Of a stretch of 64,000 nt of DNA, positions 1 to 11,196 are shown piece by piece; position 1 is the first letter of the stretch, and each line of letters starts with the position of its first letter. The position numbers were made by a program, and so were the translations under genes. The notes below the pieces were generated by a model. The model saw only the letters and a list, made by a program, of their open reading frames with translations, was not told the origin of the DNA and made no database searches. This DNA is from Octopus bimaculoides (lineage: Eukaryota), in contig NC_068985.1 of the NCBI RefSeq assembly GCF_001194135.2, positions 43,613,888-43,677,887 of the forward strand, read 5' to 3'.

Positions 1-1200
1 GCAAATAGACAGAGTTATTATTTTTTTGAATGTCTTTTGTCAATGTCATGATTTAGCTGTTACTTCTAGCTTACTTTGGAAGCAAATTGTGTGTAATTTT
101 GTTCAATGTCAATTTTAACATGGAGTGCAAAAACAAACATTTTCGGCATATTTTGCTTTTTTATTTCAATGAAGGCAAGAAAACTACTAAGGCTCCCAAA
201 GAGATATGTAAAGTTTATGGTGTTGATTGCTTAACAGAACACACATGTCAGAAACGAGATTTTTTCACTGAAAGATGACCAACGTTCTGGACGACCAACG
301 TTCTGGACGACCTACTGAAGTTGATGACTGAATCAAAGCCATAATTGAATCTGATTGTCATATAACTGTGTGAGAGATTTCAGAGAGGTTAAATGTACCA
401 CAAACAACAATTGAAAATCACTTAAAATGTCTTGGAAAAATTAAGAAGCTTGATATTTGGGTCCCACATAAATTGAAAGAGACTCACTTAACACAACAAA
501 TCAATATTTGTGATATGCATTTCAAACGCAATGAAATCAACCTCTTTTTGAAGCAAATCATCACCGGTGATGAAAAATGGACTGTTTACGATAACATCAA
601 TCAAAAGCAATTATGGTTCAAGTGTAATGAACCAGCATAAACCACATTGAGAGCTGAATTGTATCAAAAAAAGGTCATGCTGTCAATTTAACTCAATTAC
701 AAAAGTGTTGTGTATTTTGAGCTGCTTCCAAGGAACCAAATGATAAATTCAGATGTTTACTGTCAACAATGAAACTGAAGGAAGCAATCAAAGAAAAACA
801 GCTAGAATTGACAAATTGTAAAGGAATCATGTTCCACCATGACAATGCTAGACCAATGCTAGCCCGTGGAAAATTATTGGAATTGATTGGGAAGTGATGT
901 CACATCCACCATATAACCCTGACCTTGCATTTCAGATTACCATTTATTTTGAAGTTTGCAAAATTGTTTGAATGGTAAAACTTTCAATAATGATGATGAC
1001 CTGAAATCACACTTGCTTCAGTTTTTGGCTGATAAAGATTAAAAGTTCTATGAGCGCGGAATCATGAAGTTGCCAGAAAGATGGAAAAAGGCCATCGAAG
1101 AAAACGGGAAATATATAATTGATTAAAGTTCAGTTTTTGTATGAAAAAAATTACTTTTATTTCACACTAAAAAACCAAAATTACTTTCTTGCCAACCTAA
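1..1200 (+). mobile_element. Mariner (DD34D-type) DNA transposon, degenerate; left TIR probably lies just outside the window
   Basis: Broken transposase from ATG 120 to TAA 1124-1126 with mariner motifs RHILLFYF, WVPHKL, ITGDEKW, HDNARP, HPPYNPDLA..DYHLF and C-terminal GIMKLPERWKKAIEENGKYIID. Right TIR-like end ...ATTACTTTCTTGCCAACCTAA at about 1172-1200 is followed by TA. Multiple frameshifts/stops. Confidence 0.93.
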
Positions 1201-1224
1201 TATATATACATATATATATAATAT

Positions 1225-1503
1225 ATACAGTCGCTACAAAATAAACAATCAGTTAAAAAAAACAGTTATAAAATTAACAGACAACAAGGAGGATGTGCAC
1301 AAGGAATGTATTAGCTTGACACTCAGTGAAAAGAGAGAGTCTGATGTTTCAAGCATAGCTCTTTGTTTGAAAGGAGAAAGGGAAAACTTCAAAGAAGGAA
1401 AAGAAATCGCCAACAGTTACATTACTGAAGTGACTGGAAGTAGAGAGAGATAGAGAGAGATAGAGAAAGTGTCTTATTTGGAACAGGAGAATGCGAAGAT
1501 GGT

Positions 1504-1505
<2 letters not shown>
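1225..1505 (-). mobile_element. Penelope-like element terminal fragment with decayed hammerhead-like motif
   Basis: Shares ATGTATTAG(C/T)TT(G/A)AC(A/G)CTCAG and the adjacent ...GAAAC motif (minus strand) with the 3' end of the PLE at 9270-10768; purine-rich plus strand as in that element. Confidence 0.5.
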
Positions 1506-1538
<33 letters not shown>

Positions 1539-1606
1539 AGAGTGTGTATGTGCATATGAGTGTGTAGAGGTATATGTATGTGTGTGGGTACATTGGTGTA
1601 GCCAAG

Positions 1607-1657
<51 letters not shown>

Positions 1658-1692
1658 CATACATACATACACATACATACATACATATATAT
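1506..1692. repeat. Compound microsatellite (GT)n/(AT)n/(ACAT)n
   Basis: Directly visible; explains the spurious YIYI/HTHT ORFs. Confidence 0.97.
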
Positions 1693-1895
1693 ATCAAAGA
1701 TAAAATTTCAAGTGATATTTGGTCTCAATATTTTAGAGACAATATTTCCACAACTTAGTGATGTTGATATCTGTGAAAGTTCTGTCACAATTACATTTTT
1801 TTAATGGGAAGTGGCATAAACCTTAAAATATAAAGATTAGATTTTGTCCTAAAAATGTAATTGAAATGAGAGGTGGTGGCTTTCACAGATCTTAC

Positions 1896-2275
1896 CTTCA
1901 TAATCCATAGAGATCCTATTATTAAGTTTGATTTGCTTCATTCCACCAGTTCCTGTCTCTAATATACTCCAGCTTATTGTAGGTTTTGGTGTCCCTTTTG
2001 GTGGTACACACACTAATTTTACTCTCTCTCCCATTAGGGGTGTCAAATGCCTTGTTTTTTCTTTCAGAAAAGGTGTTAACTCAGCCATATATAATCTTGT
2101 GATTATAGATAATGACTTCCCTAATTTAGATGCAGCGACACATTGGTAATCACCAATATCTTCATGACTAGGTTTGTGAACTACTATAGACCCAACTCCA
2201 ACAAGTTGATTTATTCGGTCTTTGTATTCTGTACTATTGAGATCAATTTTTTTACCATTTTTATACCATGTATAC
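1896..2275 (-). CDS. L1CAM/neuroglian-family IgSF adhesion protein, coding exon 3 of the model (rest of Ig1 plus first half of Ig2)
   Basis: Acceptor TTTTGTCTCTTTCAG|G at 2276/2275 and donor GAAG|GTAAG at 1896/1895; 380 nt, phase 2 to phase 1. Encodes YTWYKNG...GSIVVHKPSHEDIGDYQCVAASKLG...AELTPF...GERVKLVCVPPKGTPKPTISW...RISMDYEG, matching the neuroglian/L1 Ig1-Ig2 pattern (DxGxYQC; AEL..F linker; CxPPxGxPxPxIxW; RIxMDxxG). Confidence 0.93.
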
Positions 2276-2421
2276 CTGAAAGAGACAAAAGAAAAAATAA
2301 TATTCCAATATTGTACTTGTACGATGATAATTATCATGATGATTGAAAAAAAAAAGTATTTATAAAATAGGAAGCAAGAGATGAAAATAACCACCTAAAC
2401 AAACCCCAGTATAACCTAAAG

Positions 2422-2692
2422 CAATGGTACCTAAACTTTTTTGGGCTGCCATCCCCTTTGCACCCAGGCCACATTCCTAGCACCCCCACCCCATTCACCA
2501 CCACAAATATAGACCACTTTCTGTAGCAAATTCAAAACATCTGTATTTTACAAATAAAACTTAACCTAACCTTTTTTTTTTTGTTGTTTGGCCACCCCAT
2601 TATCACCCAACTTTTCTTTTATGCTCCCCACGCCCCAGTGAATCTTTCTACTGCTCCCAAGATGGCAGTATCACCCACTTTGGGAACCTCTG
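2422..2692. mobile_element. hAT (Charlie-like) MITE, about 270 bp
   Basis: Ends CAATGGTACCTAAAC... and ...TTTGGGAACCTCTG form an imperfect TIR of the CAG(T/A)GGTTCCCAAA type. Flanks ACCTAAAG/ATCTAAAT match 6 of 8 with central TA, consistent with a decayed 8-bp TSD. Confidence 0.7.
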
Positions 2693-2990
2693 ATCTAAAT
2701 TATAAAATGATAGGCTTTCATTTTCATCAAATCACCTTAACTATAGATTCTGAACTATTACAAAGATGCAAGACAAATCTCTTCTCCAGTGGAGGCATTG
2801 TAATTTTCCTAGAAAATCTGGGTAACTTATCCCAACAGCTGAAGCACATAAAAGAAATATGCAGCAGATATAAGCTAACAGTATAAACAAGTGAGCATGT
2901 GTGTTTTCTGTGAATATTTGATAAGCAGTTTATATACTCACTTGTTTATAAAAATAACACTATGAAATTAGGTTCTTAAGTCTGTCAGTG

Positions 2991-3061
2991 GGTATGTTGG
3001 TGTAAATGGTAGCACGCTTGTTGCAAAAATAGAGGTGTGTGTTCAAGTCCCATGTATACAG
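2991..3061 (+). pseudogene. tRNA-like pseudogene or solo tRNA-derived SINE head
   Basis: A-box-like TGGTGTAAATGG; D-stem GTGT/GCAC; B-box GTTCAAGTCC; acceptor stem GGTATGT/GTATACA pairs 6 of 7 including G-U. The anticodon arm is poor, so no isotype is assigned. Confidence 0.4.
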
Positions 3062-3467
3062 AAAACCCATTTATTTTTCTATTGAGGTCTTATATGCCCC
3101 AATATTACACTATTTTCTTTAGTCAATACATGGTAATTGCTTATAAAATATTATTATTATTAACAGTATAAAGTTTAACTATTGCCATTAGCATTTAGTC
3201 ATTTCAACACATAAGAAGGTTTGTAGAGAGAGATCTAAAATAATTACTTTAATGCTCCAGGATATATATTATTTTTCAGGTGTCACAAATAACAAATATA
3301 AGCAAGAACAAAAAGTGAGGAAAGAAACTTCTCAAAACAATAATAAGGTAGTTAATATAATAATCAATTAATTTACTGTGTGATATGTTCCCAGATTTAA
3401 TGAAAACTCAACTGAATTAGGAAGTATAAACATATACAGAATAATCTTTGAGTTATGTAGGCATCTT

Positions 3468-3686
3468 TTATCTTTTATTTGTTTCAGTCATTAGACTGTG
3501 GCCATGCTGGTGCATCAATTTCAGGAATTTTAATCAAACTAATAGACCCCAGTACTTATTTTCTTTTTAAGCTTGGTACTTATACTATCATTCTCTTTTG
3601 CCAAACTGCTAAGTTATGAGGATGTAAACACACCAATACCAGTTGTCATATGGTGGTTGTGGTGGGGACAAACAGACACACACTAT

Positions 3687-3719
<33 letters not shown>

Positions 3720-3880
3720 AGCTTCATTCAGTTTCCATCTACCAAATACACTCATGAGGCTTTGGTTGACCTGAGGATATTGTAAAAGACAATTATGCAA
3801 GATGCCATGCAGTGGAACTGAACCTAGAACCATGTGGTTGGGAAGCAACCTTCTTACCACACAACCATGCCTGCACCTAT
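3468..3880 (-). mobile_element. tRNA-derived SINE with CORE-like domain (family A), degenerate
   Basis: Colinear with the better copies at 59438-59828 and 60392-60862 (head GGCATGGTTGTGTGGTAAG, internal (GT)n, tail ...GACTGAAACAAATAAAAGATAAAAG). Confidence 0.8.
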
Positions 3881-4107
3881 TTACTTCATTAATCTCTTAC
3901 CACACAACCATGCCTGTGAATATTAAACCATATCAAAATGGAATATATCAATAAAAAAAAAAAATCAACTCTTATATTGTCAACATTATCAAATAAGTCA
4001 GGGGTTATTATGCAGGGGTACAGTTTAATCTAAATATAAGTATTGAGCAGTGGAAACAAGATACATGATAGAACTACAGATTATGATCTATTAGATTCGA
4101 TACTTAC

Positions 4108-4213
4108 TCAGGAGTTGGTTTACCAGTAGCCATACATGGAAGCTCTAGTGATTGCTTTGAATGGATGAATCCAATTTTATTAGGTTGCTTGGTAATAGAT
4201 GGTGGGAGATTGG
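4108..4213 (-). CDS. L1CAM/neuroglian-family gene, coding exon 2 (N-terminal half of Ig1)
   Basis: Acceptor TTCTGTTTTCAG|CC and donor CCTGA|GTAAGTA; 106 nt, phase 1 to phase 2. Encodes NLPPSITKQPNKIGFIHSKQSLELPCMATGKPTP(E); GA|G joins exactly to YTW of the next exon. Confidence 0.92.
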
Positions 4214-5554
4214 CTGAAAACAGAAGAATATATATTGTCAAATAATTGAAACAATATTGCTTTATTACATTTTCACTGGGCAACAATTAATAACAATAAT
4301 AATAAGCTAGACTGAAAACAATAAGAAAATTTCGTTTTAGAGATTAAAATACATGATGAATTTATAGAAAAGAAAAGTTTGAGAGAGTTTAAATAATAAT
4401 GACATTCAATGAATTTATAAAGAGAAAAATAATGCATAGAAAAATGTAAAAATTTTATTTGAAAATACAGGTTGAATTTCACTAATCTGGCAACTTAGGG
4501 ACTAGATAGGTGTCTGAGTAGCAAATTTTCTAAAACAGTGAAGATAAAAATAAAAAAGGCAAAATAATTCTTATACTTTATTATCATAGTGTATTAGTTT
4601 CTTACTTATTTGACATCTTTATTACAAAGTGCTAGTTCTGTAACATTAGTGTATTATGACACAGAAAATACATAGATTGTTAGAAAAATAAAGCTTATGG
4701 ATGAAGCCCATAAAACATTATATCAAATTTATGAACAAAAGGTAATCATTTATTTAAATTTTACTGTAGATACAATTCTGAAACTTATTTATTTGGGAAG
4801 TAGATTGTTTCTACATGAAATCTAAATCAAAGTTGAGTAATATCTGGGATGGTAACGTCCTTACTTTTGATGTTTGCAATCAATTTTATATTATTTTTCT
4901 TCATTTCTTAACATGATCCATTGACAATGAACCATATTCCATACACAAGGTTGTTACTGATGTGCCATACGCTAGTATCTTTATTGACACCATTTTATTG
5001 TATAGATATAAAGATACTAGCCATATGCTAGTATCTTTATTGACACACAACAAAAGTATGCTAACATCAGGAGGTATATTTAAGAGTAAAATATTAATAA
5101 AAAGTCTAAAAAGTTCCTGTTTGTTATCATCAATTACAGTATATACATGAGACAGATGGAAATAACATGGGTTACTGAAGGTGTCACAGCTGGCCAGATA
5201 GTGGTCATGCAAACTATAATCACCATCAGATTCAAACAAGTATCCCAGACCATCAAAGCTGCTGGATTAATGAATGCCAGATTAGTGAGGTTCAACTTGT
5301 ATATTATTTTGAGCCTGGACTAAATTTGTACTTTTACAGATGAAACTTTGTTATCGTGTATGTATCTTTGGGGAAGGTGCATATAAGCATTTTCATTTGT
5401 GCTTTTGTAAGCATACTCATTACATGCCACAATGCACAAGATTTTTAGAAAACTTCCTTCTGCTTTTAGTTTTATTTATCCACTTAAATAGTTTTAGTTA
5501 CTTTACTAATACTTTTAGGTAAAACAGATATGATTAATATAATTAATAATGTTT

Positions 5555-5780
5555 ATCATCATCATCATCGTTTAACGTCCGCTTTCCATGGGTTGGACGA
5601 TTTAACTGAAGACTGGTGAACCAGATGGCTACACCAGGCTCCAATCTGATTTGGCAGAGTTTCTACAGCTAGATGCCCTTCCTAATGCCAACCACTCCGG
5701 GAGTGTAGTGGGTGCTTTTATGGGCCACTGGCACAAAGGCCAGTCAGGAGGTACTGGCAATGGCCATGCTCGAAATGGTA
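5555..5780 (-). mobile_element. RTE-type LINE/SINE 3' tail ending in (GAT)n (family C)
   Basis: ...TTAGGAAGGGCATCTAGCTGTAGAAAC...GGACGTTAAACGATGATGATG; near-identical copies at 32284 and 57705. Confidence 0.85.
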
Positions 5781-6370
5781 ATGAGATAAAAATCCAAGGC
5801 TGTGAAAGATTTCAGAACATTTATAAATAGAAGGTCTTACAGCTGTTTCCGGGATATCTTATATATACACATGCAGATATATGACCTACGTTGGACTCCT
5901 CATTCACATAATCATCGAACCTGGAGCTTAACTATAATTAATAATGTAAATTTTGGTACTTCACAACTATTGTATAATCATTGCTGTTATACACATTACT
6001 TTTGAGTTAGACAACTATCAGAAAATTATTCAATTAACTTTTCATTCTATTAATTCTAAATTTATTTAATTCATTTGACTTCAATTTATAAATATTGCTA
6101 ACTAGTCTTCTAATTTGTTTCTTTGTAATATAAAGAATTTCATTGAAAATGCAACAATAGGAACCAGAACATTTTCCATATATCTTTTCTGCAGACGATA
6201 TAGAATATATATGGCATGCCATGAAATATGTATAAGCAAATTGATTTAGAATTTTAACTTAAAGGATTAAAATGATAAATAACAATAAAAAAAAAAGAAA
6301 GAAAATAATAGCAAATATTAAACATAAAGCTATAAACTGTTTGGTATTTGTTCTAAGCAATATTTTAAAA

Positions 6371-6581
6371 TATTCCTTTCTACTATAGGCACAAGGCCTG
6401 AAATTTTGGTGGGAGGGAATACGTTGAATACATTGATCCTAGTGCTAAACTAGTACTTATTTCATCGACTCTGAAAGGATGAAAGGTAAAGTTGACCGTG
6501 GCAAATTTGAACTTAGAACATAAAGATGGACACAATGCATTTTATCTGGTGAGCTAATGATTCTACCAACTTACTGCCTTA
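6371..6581 (-). mobile_element. tRNA-derived SINE (family B; central block resembles the MetaSINE domain as I recall it)
   Basis: GTTCAAAT B-box followed by CTTT(A/G)CCTTTCATCCTTTC..GTCGATGAAATAAGTAC; same layout as about 18 other copies or fragments in the window. Confidence 0.8.
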
Positions 6582-9269
6582 ATATTTTAAAAATATTAAA
6601 ATTAATTTTTTATGAAATGAATGATTTTTTTTTTCAAATTAAACTTATTATCTGAATTCAAAACAGTAAAATTCTGAATTAAAAAAATTCTAATTATTTA
6701 ATACAATGAAGGGTTTCAAGCTCATTTTATTCATATATCATTATAATGACTTCCACCAGACATTTTTGATTAGCGATGATATTGATTTTAAGTTTCAGTT
6801 ACAATTTCATAATTCAAATGTTAAAATTTAAGTATTATTCCTTACTTTAAATAATACTTAAACGATAAATTTAATTAAAGGAAGAAAAAAATTTTTATAA
6901 AGTTACTTTCATGCAAAGGGAAACAATTACATCTTGAGTTATTTCCCTTACAAGCAAAATTATATTTGTGTAAAATCAAGAAACAAATGTCACATTCCGC
7001 TTCAATTTCACAAAATAACAATGCATTTCACATGTCGCATGAGATATTTTATTATAGTAGGCATTAGCAAGGCAAAATAATGAAACAAATAGGAAAAATA
7101 AACTAAAGTAACACACAAACAACATTGACAACAATGATAATTGTTTACTAGAGTCCAAATTTTTTTATATTCAGACAAATGTGCCAAAACAAAAACTCAA
7201 TGGGAAGGTAAATAATAACACTGCATGCCCTGTGTATATGAGATATGGGTTGCTAATCATTGTTTCTATGAAAAATACTTACATTCTGCAGTTAATGGTA
7301 CTATTTGTATATCAGAATGTTCTGATAGATTATTTTCATTTTGATATTTTGTTATTTTTGTACTGATATCTGAAAGAAAGGGATGTGTTTAACACAAATA
7401 AATGGACAAGATGGAAATGAAAACAGAGAATGTGAAGATTAAATGAATAAATAAATGAATGAATGTAGATTTGTTTAAAAAACTTTAAGAAGTTTGAGAA
7501 GATAAAAATGTTTATCATATTTTCATGTTGGGGTATTTATTCAGTGTCTGAAATAATGAGACCAAATGTTCCAGAAATTTTCTTGAGATGAACTTGTGTT
7601 CAAAGAATGAAATACTGGGATAATATAACTCAACCATAAAATGAAAGTGTTGATAATTTCTAATATCTTTAAAGCAAAAATATAATGTCCCGCAGTAGAT
7701 ATGTATGTATACCCAATGAACAACAGTGGAAAATATAGACATTCTTTTAGTGATTGTGATATGATTTTCCAAATTATATTCTCTACAATCTTAGGAGAAT
7801 TTTCAACAGTAATAGTATTAAAAAATGAAAAAAGGATGTTTTAAGTATTGTTGAGTGAAACATAATGCAAATGTTTTATTGGTATAGGAACCAACAATCT
7901 CACAACCTGGAGATCAGAACTTGACAGGCACTCAAGAGTTTGGATGCAATCATGAATAGATAAAATTATCTAATCAGTTTTGATTAGATGCAGCTGACTG
8001 TTTTGTTATCTAAGTGGCAGAATTATTGCTGGGGATCGTAGTGACAAGTCAAAGAAATTGTAATCTGTGTTAGCAACAAAGATAGACCACTTTACTTTGA
8101 TGAATTTAGAGGAGTGATAACATGGGTAGAACTAAGATTTCAATTGGAGGTTGCTGTGCATAGGAGACATTCTCAATTATTAAAATGGACCCACCACTAG
8201 TTGTCTACTCACATAAAAGAAAACACCCCAAATTTAATATAACTATTAAATATCAAGGATATTTGAAAGGTGACATGGGGAAGCTTGTCTGAATCTGTTG
8301 AAACTCACTCCTACTGGCTATGGAGATGGTTAATATAAAATAACTGTGTAGTAAGTTTTTAATAATCAATATTGTTTAGTGCAATTTATCTCATTCCTAA
8401 TTCATAAATGACAACATACTTTGTGAATGAGATTTCAATTATGTTAATGTTTCTTATTTCTTCCATATTGCAACAATCATATTGTCTTTGCACATTGGCA
8501 AAAGGCCTCAGTTTTGAAGGAGAGGGCAATATTGTTTGACTGAATCAATAAGCTATTAGAGTTTCTCTGTTGAAATGAAGCATACTGGAAGAGCCACTCT
8601 AGACAATTAGCAACATACGAAAACTATCGAATTTGTTTTGGAATTTATTTCATGGGGTGTCAAAATTTTCATCACACAACTGCACTCTGGTCACTCATGA
8701 AGCTTAATAGTAAGATATTATTGGTATCTATTTTATTTCCAAGCTTTAATATACTTTGTCAAACAACTGTAATATCATTTACTTCCCCAAGATGACAAGT
8801 TTTAACAAACTTGAAGAGATACAAGATAGAAGAACCAACATTAAATTTCAGTCTGCACAAGGAGTAGAGATTTATGATGTTCCTGAAATGAAATTTCTGC
8901 ATGAGGGAGATAGTAGGTAGTACTAGTCAAACATATGAAATGAAAATATGGCTGCAATGAAAAAAAAAAATTTACAATCAAGAGAATGACATTATATGGC
9001 TTAGATTCTGCTGCATGTGTAAAATGCTCCTCTCAGTTGTCTCCCTGAGTTCTATTATTGATTCTCTCTCTCTCTCTCTCTCTCTCTCTCACGCACACAC
9101 ACACACGCACAAAAACTTAATTTGTTTAGGGCAAATACCTCAGAATGCACTCTTAAAAGATCCTATGCTTCTTGTTGTTGGCTACCACCTGTACATTAAT
9201 AAAGCCTATAAATTACCATCCGCAAGTCATTATTGTCATTATATAGGGAGAATTCACAAAAAAACAAAA

Positions 9270-10768
9270 GACGAAGACAGGTGGTGTAGACAACAAGCAG
9301 ATGTATTAGTTTAACGCTCAGGAAGTGAAAAAGTCATTAACGTTTCGAGCCTACACTCTTCCACAGAAAGAAACACAGAAAGAGACAAGAAGAGAAAATA
9401 AAGAATGTGTAGTGGCTAGTGATCTATTATGGCAAATGCCGGACAGAGGGGTCACACAAGAGAGCTAGGAAGAAGGGGAGATAATAAAGTGGTGGTGATC
9501 CCAAAATGAAGGTGCGCATGTGTGTGTATAAGAGAGCATGTATGTGTGTGTCGAAGAGGAGAGAAGGAAAGTAGGAGTGAAGAGAGGAAGTAGCAGCCAG
9601 AGCAAGAGAGGAGAGGTGGGTGGAGGAAGTAGGTGTGAGAGGGAGAGAGGAGGAGGGTTAGATGAAGAGGGGAAGAGAGTTGAGCCCATGTGGCATAAAG
9701 GAGCAAAGAGAGAAGATTAATCCTTGTTCACGGTGAAAATGGGAGTCTGGATGGCCCCTGTGCAAGGACAATCTGAACATAGACAGGTGCTGCAAAGAGT
9801 GACCGGTAGAGCGGAAATGGTGTGGGACCAGGGTGTCATTGCTGAGTCGGATGTCTTGTAGGTGTTCTGCGAACCAGTCAGCCAAGTGGCGTCCCATTTG
9901 CCCGATGTATAGAGAAGGGCAGAGAGAGCAGGTGATGACATTGATTAAAGTGCAGGTGAAGGAGTCAGTGATATGATAGGGTCAATGATGGGTGCTGGTG
10001 AGGAGGGTGGTGTTGGAGAGGTAAGGGCAAGTGTGGCAGTGTGGGTGAGAGCAGGGGAACGAGCTGGGTTGGGAGGTTGGGTTAGAGAAGAAGCTGTGGA
10101 CCAAGAGGTCTCATAGGTTGTGGGCTCGTTTGAAGGAGGAGAGGGGTTGGTTAGGGAAGATGTGTGAAGTGGAGGGGTCAGACTGGAGTCACAGGAAGGC
10201 TTGAAGAATGGTGCGTTGGTGAGGTAGGGTGGTGGGGTGGTAGGTGAAGGGAATGGTGAGATGGTGGGGCTGGTGCAGGGGAGAGAGCAGATGCACAGAC
10301 TATGGAACGTGCTCTGGCAAGGGTGGTGTAGATAGTGGTGAGAGGATATCCACGTAGGATGAAGTGGCGAGTCATGGTCGTCACTGCAGCGCCTGCGTAG
10401 ATGGAGGAATTGGGAATAGGGGATGAAAGGCTTGGTGTGTTTAGGGTGGGAGGAGGAAAAGTTGAGGTATGAGTGTGAGTCTGTGTGTTTGTAGTGGATG
10501 GAGGTGGTGAGAGTGGAGTGATGAATGTTGACCGAAATGTCAAGAAAGGAGACAGAGGTGTCAGAGATAGTGCAGGAGAAGTGGAGGGCAGGATGGAAAG
10601 ATTTAACAAAAGAGAGGAAAGAGTCTAGATGTTTGCAGGAGAGTGATGTCGCACCAATACAGTCATCAATATAACAACCATATAGTTCAGGAGTGGGGCC
10701 AGTGAAACTTGAGAATATTTGGGCCTCAACGTAGCCAATGAACAGGTTCGCATAGTTGGGGGCGTCAG
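9270..10768 (-). mobile_element. Penelope-like retroelement, 5'-truncated and frameshifted (RT core, thumb, GIY-YIG, 3' UTR with hammerhead-like motif)
   Basis: Minus strand reads PNYANLFIGYVEAQIF...YIDD (10662-10673), RHFILRGYP, NVITCSLCPSLYIGQMGRHLADWFAEH, and REQGLIFSL..FMPHGLN (GIY-YIG C-terminus), then a CT-rich UTR. Confidence 0.92.
9336..9369 (-). ncRNA. Minimal hammerhead ribozyme motif, probably inactive
   Basis: TTT-CTGTGGA-A-GAG(TGTAGG)CTC-GAAA-CGTT-AAT. The core CUGANGA has A6 changed to U; stem II is 3 bp; helix III is the palindromic ACGT typical of PLE minimal hammerheads. Confidence 0.55.
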
Positions 10769-10980
10769 TATATATCTATCTCTCTCTCTATATATATGTA
10801 TACACACAATTAAAGATTGGAATTTTTGGTAATATCTTTAATTATTTAATTATGATTGTTTGCTTACAGCTCCGCATACTGTGAGAAATACATTTCATGA
10901 ATATAATAATAATATATTTCTTTTTATGTAAATCATGTGAATTTCTTCAGTCTGTGATCTTATTTATATTCATATTAATA

Positions 10981-11196
10981 CTAGTTTCAAATTTTGGCCA
11001 AAGCCAACAATTTTGGGGGAGGAAGTAAGTTGATTACATCAACCCCAGTGTTCATCTGGTATATATTTTATCAACCCTGAAAGGATGAAAGGCAAAGTCA
11101 ACCCTAGTGGCATTTGAACTCAGAATGTAAAGTTGGAAGAAATGTCACTAAGCATTTTCTATGGTGTGGTAATGATTCTACCAGCTTGCTACCTTT
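10981..11196 (-). mobile_element. SINE family B copy
   Basis: CCCTGAAAGGATGAAAGGCAAAGTCAACC...TTTGAACTCAGAATG block. Confidence 0.8.

Noticed and set aside
1349-1804. ORFs rich in YI/HT/CV/ER dipeptides (also 11832, 22560, 23586, 24420, 49837, 60385 etc.)
   Set aside because: Translations of dinucleotide and tetranucleotide microsatellites.
4901-5239. 112-aa minus ORF as a candidate upstream exon of the Ig gene
   Set aside because: No Ig or signal features, no phase-1 donor, and it spans a local triplication.
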